Positions 1-13,036 of a stretch of DNA of 22,801 bases are shown here, piece after piece (position 1 is the first letter of the stretch; each line of letters opens with the position of its first letter). The stretch is taken from contig CAXHJY010000294.1 in the NCBI GenBank assembly GCA_964016885.1, forward strand, positions 1-22,801, written 5' to 3'. The position numbers and the translations under genes were made by a program. Source of the DNA: Eledone cirrhosa. Lineage: Eukaryota. The notes below the pieces were generated by a model. That model had not been told where the DNA came from and searched no databases. It worked only from the letters and a program-made list of their open reading frames with translations.

Positions 1-3705
<3,705 letters not shown>

Positions 3706-3879
3706 TTAGAAAGTGAGGTTTTTTTTACAAAATGAAAAATAACCGAGGTGTCCTACACGAGTGAAAGTATAAAGAAAAAAGATGAAATCGAAAATGCAAC
3801 TGGAGTCTTATTTTTTTTTTAAATATATATATATTTTTTTTAAATAAGACTCCAGTTGCATTTTCGATTTCATCTTTTT

Positions 3880-3884
<5 letters not shown>
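3706..3884 (-). mobile_element. Short insertion in (TA)n with a ~41-bp inverted duplication (probable Penelope-like pLTR remnant)
   Basis: 3773-3813 AGAAAAAAGATGAAATCGAAAATGCAACTGGAGTCTTATTT is inverted at 3842-3883. A unique tail (3706-3772) runs into TA repeats. Same layout as 12150-12515; no HHR core is retained. Confidence 0.5.
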
Positions 3885-3933
<49 letters not shown>

Positions 3934-3934
3934 G

Positions 3935-3985
<51 letters not shown>

Positions 3986-3986
3986 G

Positions 3987-4083
<97 letters not shown>

Positions 4084-4084
4084 A
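3884..4084. repeat. (TA)n/(TG)n compound microsatellite
   Basis: Direct reading. Confidence 0.95.
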
Positions 4085-4088
4085 TCAA

Positions 4089-4160
4089 TAGTCGATCGAC
4101 AAGATCCCAGACCTCATTCGCTTAACGAGTTGGTGTGGAGCTCGTCAAATGGGACCGAGG
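4089..4160 (-). ncRNA. Decayed type I hammerhead-like motif
   Basis: Minus strand: TTGACGA GCT...AGC GAA TGAGGTC-TGG-GATCTTG TC. The core has C3>U and lacks one A of GAAA; stem III pairs only with several G-U pairs. Confidence 0.3.
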
Positions 4161-4230
4161 AAACAATGTTTCCATTGGTCTTTCTAATTGTTAATACTAT
4201 CTGTCGGTCACAACGCCAGGCAGAAATAAC

Positions 4231-4300
4231 AACGTGAAATAAAGTGTCTTGCTCAAGGACATAACGCATCACCCGGTCTGGGAATCGAACTCGCAGTAAC
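4231..4300 (-). mobile_element. tRNA-derived SINE fragment (family A)
   Basis: Minus strand GAGTTCGATTCCC (Pol III B box) followed by GTCCTTGAGCAAGACACTTTATTTCACGTT; homologous to 16543-16617 and 20382-20436. Confidence 0.75.
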
Positions 4301-4871
4301 GGCAAGGGGGAGGGGCGGCAGACTCTAGACCCCAGTCTGGGTGGTATATCTCAGGTGTGCCTCGTGAATATATTGTCATAAGCTGGACAGTATAACCACA
4401 GACTGGACACAATATTATAAGTTGGCTCCTTGGGATCATTGGGCTCTTTTGGTTCCATGGCATCAGATTGACCAATACCATATCAATGGAATTTGGTTGA
4501 CGGAAACCGGGTAGAAGTTCATCTTTGACGGAATTTCAAAATAAAGAAATCCACCCCTCCTTCCATAGCTTAAGTATATATTGATTTTCAAAATTTTCTT
4601 CGTGTTTCTATTTGTTAAATATTGGAGATTACGATTGCACAAAAAATTGATTTATTCTATTTTTATTTCATTTATTTATTTATTTATTTATTATATTTTT
4701 TTAATTTAATTTTTCTTTGATTTTACTTTATTTTTTTTATTTTTCAAAATATTAATTTTCTATTACACTTAACACTTGTCTCAGAGTGCCATTAGCTAGT
4801 CATGTTTTTCATTTTAAACTTTCTTCCGAAATGTTCATCTTGTTTTTCTTTTCTGAGTAATGCAAAAATTA

Positions 4872-4930
<59 letters not shown>

Positions 4931-4933
<3 letters not shown>

Positions 4934-5307
4934 TAGTACTCCAGTATTCGCGGGTGTTACGTTCCTAGAGCACTCGCGAAGAGTGAAAATCGGCGAATAT
5001 TGGACGTGGTTCATAAAAATGCCTATGAACGTGAACATTCAATAATTGTTTCTACTTTTGGCACACGGCCAGCAATTACTCAGTGTATTCCTGGTACTTT
5101 ATTTTATCGACCCATAAGGATGAAAGGCAAAGTTAACCTCAGCGGGATTTGAACTTTAGAATGGCAAGGGCCGTAACTCTATGCGTCAAAGCATGGCGTC
5201 CGATCCTCTACCGATACTGCCAATCCACCGCCCTCAAAATTTAATAATATACGGCGGTTGTCCAATAGACCGGCAAATACCGTATATTGTTATTAATAAT
5301 TTAGCGT

Positions 5308-5346
<39 letters not shown>

Positions 5347-5492
5347 CCACGAAAAAAGTGATAAAAGTGATAAAAACATCGCGGAAAATATTTACGATTC
5401 CACGAATATGCGGTGGTTTCTACGAATAATTATTAGTTTGGATCTCGGAAAAATTCCGCGAATAACCGGGATCGGGAATGTCGGGACCACTA
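4931..5492. mobile_element. pogo/Tigger-like (Tc1/mariner) non-autonomous DNA element hosting a SINE
   Basis: Begins TA|CAGTAGTACTCCAGTATTCGCGG and ends with an imperfect inverted terminus ...GGGACCACTA. Internal sequence matches 19292-19942 in reverse complement. Confidence 0.7.
5041..5234 (-). mobile_element. tRNA-derived SINE (family B), full length
   Basis: Minus strand: A-box-like TGGCAGTATCGGTAGAG, B-box-like GTTCAAATCC, central CTTTGCCTTTCATCCTT..GGGTCGATAAAATAAAGTACCAG (resembles the Deu/Nin SINE domain) and a GTAGAAACAATTATT tail. Several copies in the window. Confidence 0.85.
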
Positions 5493-5513
5493 AATATATA
5501 TATACATATATAT

Positions 5514-5949
5514 ATAGGAACAAGTATGACTCCGACGGCAGAGCTCAAGCCGTTTCGACGGCTAATTCTGGACTAAAACCGTCGAAACGGCTTGAGCTCT
5601 TTCCGTCGGGGTTATACTTGTTCCTATTACCCACTCTACTACCCTAAGTATTGAGTACTTTGGTGCGTTATGGTCTATCTGGTTCCTTACCACATTTCCT
5701 TCGTTATCTAGCTCCTATTTCCGTAGTAGAGCACTTTCCGACCCTACCACGCCTTATCCAGACTTTTCCGCTAAGCTCAAGTTCTTTCACCCACACCATG
5801 CGAAAACCTTTTAGTCCAGAATTAGCCGTCGAAACGGCTTGAGCTCTGCCGTCGGGGTCATACTTGTTCCTATTTCCCTCTCTACTACCCTAAGTAGTGA
5901 GTACTTTGGTGCGTTATGGTCTATCTGGTTCCTTACCACATTTCCTTCG

Positions 5950-5953
<4 letters not shown>
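5514..5953 (+). mobile_element. Penelope-like/retrozyme-like element: inverted 5' segment plus two direct repeats, inserted in (TA)n
   Basis: Direct repeats 5579-5707 and 5826-5953 (period ~247). 5514-5578 is the reverse complement of 5809-5873 with 1 mismatch. The repeats contain the 3' half of a hammerhead (GAAACGGC-TTGAGCTCT-GCCGTC). Confidence 0.7.
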
Positions 5954-5989
<36 letters not shown>

Positions 5990-6683
5990 TGGAGAGTGAA
6001 ATATCAATTTAACAAACATATTTTCACTCGCAAATACGTCTTAAAACCTTTTACAATTACATAAATCTTTACTGTTTATATATAACCTCCTGGAGAGAAC
6101 TGTAACTTCGAAGTGAAATTTCATCATTACATCAATTTTTACTCTTTATACACTTCTGAAGAACCTGTAACTTCGGAGTAAATCTTTTTTTTTTTTATGC
6201 TTTTTTTTTAGGGCTTTCCCTTAATTTCCATTCGTTGTCATGTTCTTTCTTTGTTAATTTTCTTAAGTTTATCTACTAACTAGACCACTCGTGACCCCTT
6301 GGGTCACGATCACTTCAAAATCTTTTTTTTTAAATCATGTTTACTTAAAAATAATTTTTAAATAATTAAAATATACAGACATGTATACAATGTGAAATGA
6401 AACTGGAAGGCCCATATATATATACGTGTGTATGTATATATATAAATGTGTGTGTGTGTGTATATATATATATATTTATATACATATATATATATATGTA
6501 TGTGTGTGTGTATATATATATGTATCTGTGATCTATATACACTGGTCATAGACACACACATATATATATATATATGCACAACATCACCAGCTCTCTCTAT
6601 CTATCTATCTGTCTCTCTCTTCCATTCTCCTTTTCTGTCTCCTCTCCCTCTTTCAATCTACTGTCACAACCACTGTCTCTTCA

Positions 6684-6728
<45 letters not shown>

Positions 6729-7215
6729 ATGAAGTTACCCGGAAAAACCCCGTATCTCGGGAACCCGTGCTCCAATTTACGCGAAACTTGTTTTATTCCA
6801 TTTGTATTCGCATTTCAGGAGCAACTTCCTTTCAAAGTATTTCCCCATTATGCCCTCTTTTGACTGTATTACATTAAAGACAAGCAAGCAAGCAATCACA
6901 GAGTTTTAGTATTATATAGTTGTGACGAACGTGTTATCTCTTCTCCCCATCTATTGTAATGACTTCCATTTTCTAACATGATATCTTACTTTCTTCTTCT
7001 TGCTTTTTTCTACCTTTCTTTGTTTCACTCATGTTTCACGTGCTATGTGAGACACCAGACATTTTCCCTAACGTCACACAAAATTGTATATGTTTTGTGG
7101 CTTAACGGCTATAAATTAGTGTTTTGTCTTTCGTCTCTTACTCCTTTGGACAGCGTTTGGCTTATGTCAGATACTGTGATCCCGGATGGACCAACAGTAC
7201 CATTGGTAGGGGTCG

Positions 7216-7264
<49 letters not shown>

Positions 7265-7483
7265 CAAGTGGAAGCTTAGTAAAATTGAAGTTTGGCTGTG
7301 GCCAAGCTAACGACCTACAATTAGGAATGAGCAGCAAAGCACTCAATAAGGTTGCAGGCCTTAGAGTAATAACATACGTTTAGTTTAGACAGCTTGACAA
7401 ATTGAAAATTGCGGCAGGTAAACCTAGCCACACAATACCAAACAACGAAACAACTAATCAGCTTAGAGTAGGTAATACGGTAA

Positions 7484-7521
7484 AATACTTGAGCAAATCC
7501 TCTGCGAAACGCGCGTATAAG
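7484..7521 (+). ncRNA. Decayed minimal type I hammerhead (2-nt core deletion)
   Basis: TA CT--TGA GCA-AATCCTC-TGC GAAACGCGCGTA TA, with palindromic stem III ACGCGCGT and a GUA triplet. Confidence 0.5.
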
Positions 7522-8357
7522 CAATAAATATTTTTCATATGTAAACGAAAATTCCTCGTTTTTTCTATTATATACGAAGTTTTCTGTATGTGTGTGTATG
7601 TGTGTGTGGACAATTTTTAATGAGGGCTCATACATTCTAAACCATTCATGCGATTTCTTTGAAATTTTTTACAGAGCTTCTCCTTGCACAAAACCAGTAC
7701 ATGATCTACAAAGGTTTTCAAAAATTGATATTGGGGCCTTTGGAGACATTAAAAAAGTTTCGGTTATTTGTGTCAATTTTCGTGATTAAGTAAGACAAGA
7801 GTTATCTTTCGTAATTCGGCTCATTCGGATTTTAATTTACTCTTTGTACTTGAAACAAAAGGTACGCTTCCTTGAGACTAACATTATCATTTTGTATATT
7901 TCACAACCAACAATTTCTAACAGATTACTAAGTTAAGTTATAGATTTGACATTGTATAATTTATTGTTTCAAGCTTGATGTTCATACATTAAGTGATGTC
8001 ATAACTTTTACAATATTATGCTTCGTACATAATAATGTCTATTATTCACTTCACTTCTCTATTTCATGATGCGCTTTTACTGTTGTCAAAAAAATGTATA
8101 CCTAGACTAGATTTCTGTTGTTACATGGGATAACCAATGACACCGAGCTCACATATTAATTATTTCGCTGGAATAGTGCCTAAGGTTTTTATGTTTACAT
8201 AAAGTACGTTTTTCTTTTATGTATTCAAATTTACTTTGTTTAGTTTAATGAGCTACATCGAAAGCTACTTGAACCGTCCAAAGGACGGGTAGTTTAGCTA
8301 GTATATATATACTTATGTGTGTGTATCTATTTTTATATATATGTGTGTGTAAGTGTC

Positions 8358-8419
<62 letters not shown>

Positions 8420-8427
8420 CAAGTGTC

Positions 8428-8460
<33 letters not shown>

Positions 8461-8806
8461 GTCTATGTATCTATTTACGTACATATATATATATATGTGT
8501 ATGTGTATATATGTGTGTGTCTGCTTGTATGTATGTATCTCTATGTGTACGTACCAGTGTGTTATGAATCAGAAGAACTTACTGGCGGAGGAAGTAGATA
8601 AGTAAATACTATTATTCCGCTGTTCTGTAATTCTGCTGAATTATAATTCTCTAAATCCTACTTTACATCATTAATGCTTGACTGGCGACTGTACATAGTT
8701 CCCCTTATAGTACTTGTGTTGATAACTCAGGCTCACTCACTGCTCTTATATCTAGATACAGCCAGGTCTATGTACAAATATATAACATATACGTGATCGA
8801 GTTGAA

Positions 8807-8837
<31 letters not shown>

Positions 8838-8852
8838 CTGTCAACACACACA

Positions 8853-8910
<58 letters not shown>

Positions 8911-9090
8911 CAAAAACAGCGAACAGCAGAGGACACGTACCCTTCCTCCCCGACAGATAATTCCCGAGAAATCACAAACTGGCCACCTACGGAAACCTCT
9001 TGTTGAGTCAAACAACGCCGTACGCTAAAACTATCCATAATAATAAGAATTCACAACCTCTAACTGGATTACCTCTAACGATATTTTGTT

Positions 9091-9127
<37 letters not shown>

Positions 9128-9131
<4 letters not shown>

Positions 9132-9280
9132 TATAAATATAGTTTCCATGTATTCATATCATTGATATTATACTCCAGAAAAACTGTAGAGTGCTTCGAA
9201 TCTGTTATAAATAAATTTGTTGAATAACCAGCAAATTAAATATTTCTTTGATTTCTATTTTCAACGGAAACTTCAATACC
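9128..9280 (+). mobile_element. 5'-truncated pLTR-like tail fragment in (TA)n
   Basis: Shares TATAAATATAGTTTCCAT and TACTCCA...GAGTGCTT with the sequence downstream of the HHR at 11930, and TACTCCAG..AAACTGTAGAGTGCTTC with 12431-12461. Confidence 0.55.
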
Positions 9281-9347
<67 letters not shown>

Positions 9348-9580
9348 TTCCTTTCGTCTGAAACTATTAGAAAGTTACAGTTCTGTAGAAGTTATTTTTT
9401 ACATGAAATAAATAAGTATAGCTTTTCCATTAATGTATTGAGTAACTTAAACATATATATTCATTTATTTATTTTTATTTATATATATATATATAATGTA
9501 TATATATATATATATGTATATATATATTTATATATATATATATATGTATATATATATTTATATATATATATATATATATA

Positions 9581-9622
<42 letters not shown>

Positions 9623-9965
9623 GTATATTTATATATATATATACATACATAAACACATATATAGAGAGAGGGAGAGTAAGAGAGTCAAGAAGATAAAAGT
9701 GGTTTCCCTCTCCCTCCCTCCCTCTCTCTCTCTATATATATAGTCAATGATAATATATTATGTATCGTACACTCTAGATTTATAACGCAACCTTAGTTGT
9801 CATCGCATGACTTGGATTGCATGGTTTCCATCAGTAATAAGTCAGCGGTTGTTCAGGTGTCCATTTTGAAATTGAAAAATTGACGGTTGGAGAACATCAT
9901 AAATTTCCTGTGCATGATTCGTAATATGCTTATATATATAAATATATATATATATATATAATATA

Positions 9966-10043
9966 CAGGGTGTCCCCCAAAATGTATACACACTTTAACA
10001 GCATTCTACTAAATATGTGTATACATTTTTGGAGGACACCCTG
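9966..10043. mobile_element. 78-bp Tc1/mariner-type MITE
   Basis: TA|CAGGGTGTCCCCCAAAATGTATACACA ... TGTGTATACATTTTTGGAGGACACCCTG|TG; ~27-bp TIRs, TA target site (right copy reads TG). Confidence 0.85.
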
Positions 10044-10157
10044 TGCATATAAATACATATATATATATATGTAAAAGGTAAACAGAAATAACAACACAAT
10101 CGGTACAGTATATGAAAGGAATATATTAGGTTAACTCTTGACATAGCAGGAAGAGTG

Positions 10158-10193
10158 TCTTAACGTTTCGGACGCTAGTCCTTCATCAGAAGA
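10158..10193 (-). ncRNA. Minimal type I hammerhead ribozyme (PLE type), intact core
   Basis: Minus strand: TCTT CTGATGA A GGAC-TAGC-GTCC GAAACGTT AAGA. Stem I is TCTT/AAGA, stem III is the palindrome ACGT, and predicted cleavage is after GUU (between 10162 and 10161). Confidence 0.85.
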
Positions 10194-10252
10194 AAGAATG
10201 AGAAATAAGATAGATTGAAGGGACGGGCAGGGTGGAATTGGAAAAAGATTAT

Positions 10253-10358
10253 AATAATTGTTTCTACTTTTGGCACAAGGACAGCAATTTCTCCAGTGCA
10301 TTACTGGTACTTTATTTTACCGATCTTGTAAGGATGAATGGCAAAGTTAACCTCGGCG
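10253..10358 (-). mobile_element. SINE family B, 5'-truncated
   Basis: Colinear with 5041-5145. Confidence 0.85.
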
Positions 10359-10440
10359 AGAAATATTAATAATAATAATAATAATTATTATTATTATTAT
10401 AAAAAGGACGACTTGTTATGTCTTCATTACGTTTATTGAG

Positions 10441-10528
10441 TAGTGATGCGCGTTTCGCTATTGATCAGCTCAAGGTTCGATCTGTATCGATCGAGCACGA
10501 CTCTGGAATCAAAAGCTCGTCGGACCTC
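10441..10528 (-). ncRNA. Decayed type I hammerhead with long stem II
   Basis: Minus strand: GGT CCGACGA GCTTTTGATT...GATCAATAGC GAAACGCGCATC ACT. U4>C in the core; stem III is one change from the palindrome ACGCGCGT. Confidence 0.6.
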
Positions 10529-10654
10529 TGTTGTGGTAATGACAGAATGAACCTCTTAGGGCGTAGAAAGAGTATATATATATATATATATATCCCCTTT
10601 TAATGTCTTTCCACCACTCCCCCTCACACACTCGGAACTCTTTTCCTTTCCACT

Positions 10655-10692
10655 TTTCTCCTGATGAAGGGCTTATGTCCGAAACGTCGTCC
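10655..10692 (+). ncRNA. Minimal type I hammerhead (intact core, stem I eroded)
   Basis: CTGATGA A GGGC-TTAT-GTCC GAAACGTC. Same family as 10158-10193 (shared downstream TCAAG.GT.AACCTAATA). Confidence 0.75.
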
Positions 10693-10927
10693 TCCACCCC
10701 ACTCTCAAGCGTGAACCTAATACTAACACTGTTTGTACTGCACACTTCGTTATCGTATTTGTTTTTTGTTTTAACTTATATATATATACATATATATATA
10801 CATATATATATATATATCAAGATAAATTAACAGAGTCATAGACTCGCGGTATTCCCTGTAAATTATGTGCTCAAAGGAAAATGAATCCTGAGCTCTGCAA
10901 AATACAATATGTAGAAAGGATAACAGA

Positions 10928-11113
10928 CGAGTGAGTGAGTGAGTGAGTGAGTGAGTGAGTGAGTGAGTGAGTGAGTGAGTGAGTGAGTGAGTGAGTGAGT
11001 GAGTGAGTGAGTGGGTGGGTGGGTGGGTGGGTGGGTGAGTGAGTGAGTGAGTGAGTGAGTGAGTGAGTGAGTGAGTGAGTGAGTGAGTGAGTGAGTGAGT
11101 GAGTGAGTGAGCG

Positions 11114-11151
<38 letters not shown>
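10928..11151. repeat. (GAGT)n with an internal (GGGT)6, followed by (GT)n
   Basis: Direct reading. Confidence 0.97.
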
Positions 11152-11152
<1 letters not shown>

Positions 11153-11261
11153 TCAACAAACAGGGAAATCTCCAGTGTATGGAATCTATAAACTACGGAA
11201 GGTAAGGTAGACACATAATAATTAAAAATATAAATCAAAACGTGTATAGGCACCTCTATAA

Positions 11262-11364
11262 CTATATATCAGATACGTACAAATCCAAGAGGATTCGTTT
11301 CGCCACTATATTAGTGACTGAAATGTAAATACCAATGGGTCATCAGCGTTTGCTTAATATATAG
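11262..11364 (-). ncRNA. Full-length type I hammerhead with closed stem III and extended stem I
   Basis: Minus strand: CTATATATT..AAACG CTGATGA CCCATTG...TAGTGGC GAA ACGAATCC-TCTT-GGATTTGT A CGT...GATATATAG. 8-bp stem III, GUA triplet, C-C mismatch at 10.1/11.1. Confidence 0.75.
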
Positions 11365-11535
11365 ATTCCAGACATCTCTAAAATACTTAAGATAACCGTC
11401 CTACACCACGCGGTAGAGAGAAGGACAGTGAACCAGCGGCCCTTGAGGGACCACGAAACCACTCAAAGAAAAGTGCTCAACCAAACAGAAAACCACCAGA
11501 AAACATATAAATACTATTGCTCTATATTGACTGCC

Positions 11536-11587
11536 GGCTTTCCAGATGATTCGTTTTGAATGAAACAGTTCTAGTCCTGTAGAAGCC
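11536..11587 (+). ncRNA. Type I hammerhead with U4>A core change
   Basis: GGCTTTC CAGATGA TTCG-TTT-TGAA T GAA ACAG-TTCTAGTC-CTGT A GAAGCC; stems I, II and III all pair. Confidence 0.6.
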
Positions 11588-11921
11588 ATTTCTATATTAA
11601 ATTTGATATATATTTATTCATGTGTGTGTGTGTGTGTGCGTGTGTATAGATACACCATGTATATGAGTGTGTGTGTGTGTGTGTATATGTGTATCTATAG
11701 ATTATTCCGATAATCCAATTACAAACATAAGCCACGTGAGTATTTAGGTCAAGGTGTTACTAATATATATATATTATATATATATATACGATATTAATAA
11801 ATGTTAACACTAAGACTTATTAAAATAATATAAACAATTCACTATCCAGATGGCTTCCAAAAATAATGGTTGCATTTTAAAAGGGTACGTCAAAGCTTAT
11901 TTGTAAAACTGTTATATATTG

Positions 11922-11990
11922 TATTTTGTCTGATGAAGGCATACCATAATTTAATTTGGTATCCCTGAAATATGTATAATGAAATAAATA
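11922..11990 (+). ncRNA. Type I hammerhead (intact core, weak stem I)
   Basis: CTGATGA AGGCATACCA-TAATTTAATT-TGGTATCCCT GAAATATGTA. Stem II pairs 9/10 bp; stem III is one change from the palindrome ACATGT. Confidence 0.7.
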
Positions 11991-12117
11991 TGGTTTTATA
12001 AATATAGTTTCCATTTATTAATATCGTATATCTACTCCAAATACTTGTCGAGTGCTTTATATCAGTTATAAAAATATTTACTTGTTGTATCCCAACAATT
12101 TTAAATAGAACTTTTGC

Positions 12118-12156
<39 letters not shown>

Positions 12157-12188
12157 AGAACAAAAGATGGTTAAAAGAGTTCCATGTA

Positions 12189-12255
12189 TTTTATTATGCG
12201 CATTTCAAAAACAAACATCATCATGCAATAACATTTGTGTTTTCATCAGATAAAA
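12189..12255 (-). ncRNA. Type I hammerhead ribozyme, intact
   Basis: Minus strand: TTTTAT CTGATGA [16-position stem II, 1 mismatch, GCAT loop] GAA ATGCGCAT A ATAAAA. Palindromic stem III, 6-bp stem I, AUA triplet. Confidence 0.85.
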
Positions 12256-12318
12256 CAGGAAGACATGATATGAAGGTTAAAAAAACACTTGTGGATAGTG
12301 CAGTTTTAAATCAACATG

Positions 12319-12385
12319 TTTTATCTGATGGAAACACAAATGTTATTGCATGATGATGTTTGTTTTTGAAATGCGCATAATAAAA
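12319..12385 (+). ncRNA. Inverted copy of the same hammerhead with A9>G
   Basis: Identical to the left-arm HHR except CTGATGG at 12325-12331. Confidence 0.75.
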
Positions 12386-12512
12386 TACATGGAACTCTTT
12401 TAACCATCTTTTGTTCTTATATATTATGTATACTCCAGTCCTACAAACTGTAGAGTGCTTCTTATCCGATATCTGCATTGCTTTATTGTACTACAATAAA
12501 ACACACCTCCTA

Positions 12513-12547
12513 CATATATATATATTATATATATATATATAATATAT

Positions 12548-12595
<48 letters not shown>

Positions 12596-12715
12596 TATGT
12601 CTATATACATATATATACATATGTGTGTGTGTGTATGTGTGTGTGTGAGTATATATATATATATGTATATATACATATGTATATATATATATGTATATAT
12701 ATGTATATAAATATG

Positions 12716-12746
<31 letters not shown>

Positions 12747-12849
12747 GTATATATATATATGTATATATATATATGTATATGTATATATATATGTATATGT
12801 ATATATATATGTATATATACATAGATAGATAGAAAGACAGATAGATAGA
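12513..12849. repeat. (TA)n/(TG)n/(GATA)n compound microsatellite
   Basis: Direct reading. Confidence 0.95.
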
Positions 12850-12898
12850 TTTTAATTCAAGTGACGAACCAAAGATGATACTTCAAATCATTTAAAAA

Positions 12899-12960
12899 AA
12901 CTTCTACGTTCGTTTCAATTTTAATGTTACCAAGTAACACTAAAATATCCTCAGGACATC
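12899..12960 (-). ncRNA. Type I hammerhead, intact core
   Basis: Minus strand: GATGTC CTGAGGA T ATTTTAGTGTTAC-TTG-GTAACATTAAAAT T GAA ACG-AA-CGT A GAAGTT. 13-bp stem II, GUA triplet, stem I 5/6. Confidence 0.75.
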
Positions 12961-13036
12961 ACCGTAAGTCTTGAAGTATGCAGGTCATCACCCTTCCCTC
13001 TTAATACCAACCCATGGTCAATAAACTATGAATATT

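Larger units (their letters stand above)
12150..12515 (+). mobile_element. Penelope-like pLTR insertion with a 108-bp inverted 5' duplication
   Basis: 12150-12257 is the reverse complement of 12317-12424 (1 mismatch, 59-bp spacer). A unique tail 12425-12515 follows, flanked by (TA)n. Each arm holds an HHR. Confidence 0.8.

Noticed and set aside
6290-6309. Hairpin TCGTGACCC-CTT-GGGTCACGA
   Set aside because: Isolated 9-bp stem with no supporting context.
8241-8300. TTAATGAG..GAAAGCTAC..CCGTCC-AAA-GGACGG..GTAGTTT hairpin
   Set aside because: Possibly an ancient HHR, but two core changes and no stem II; too degenerate to call.
8991-9012. GAAACCTCTTGTTGAGTC
   Set aside because: Stem III-like only; no upstream CUGANGA.
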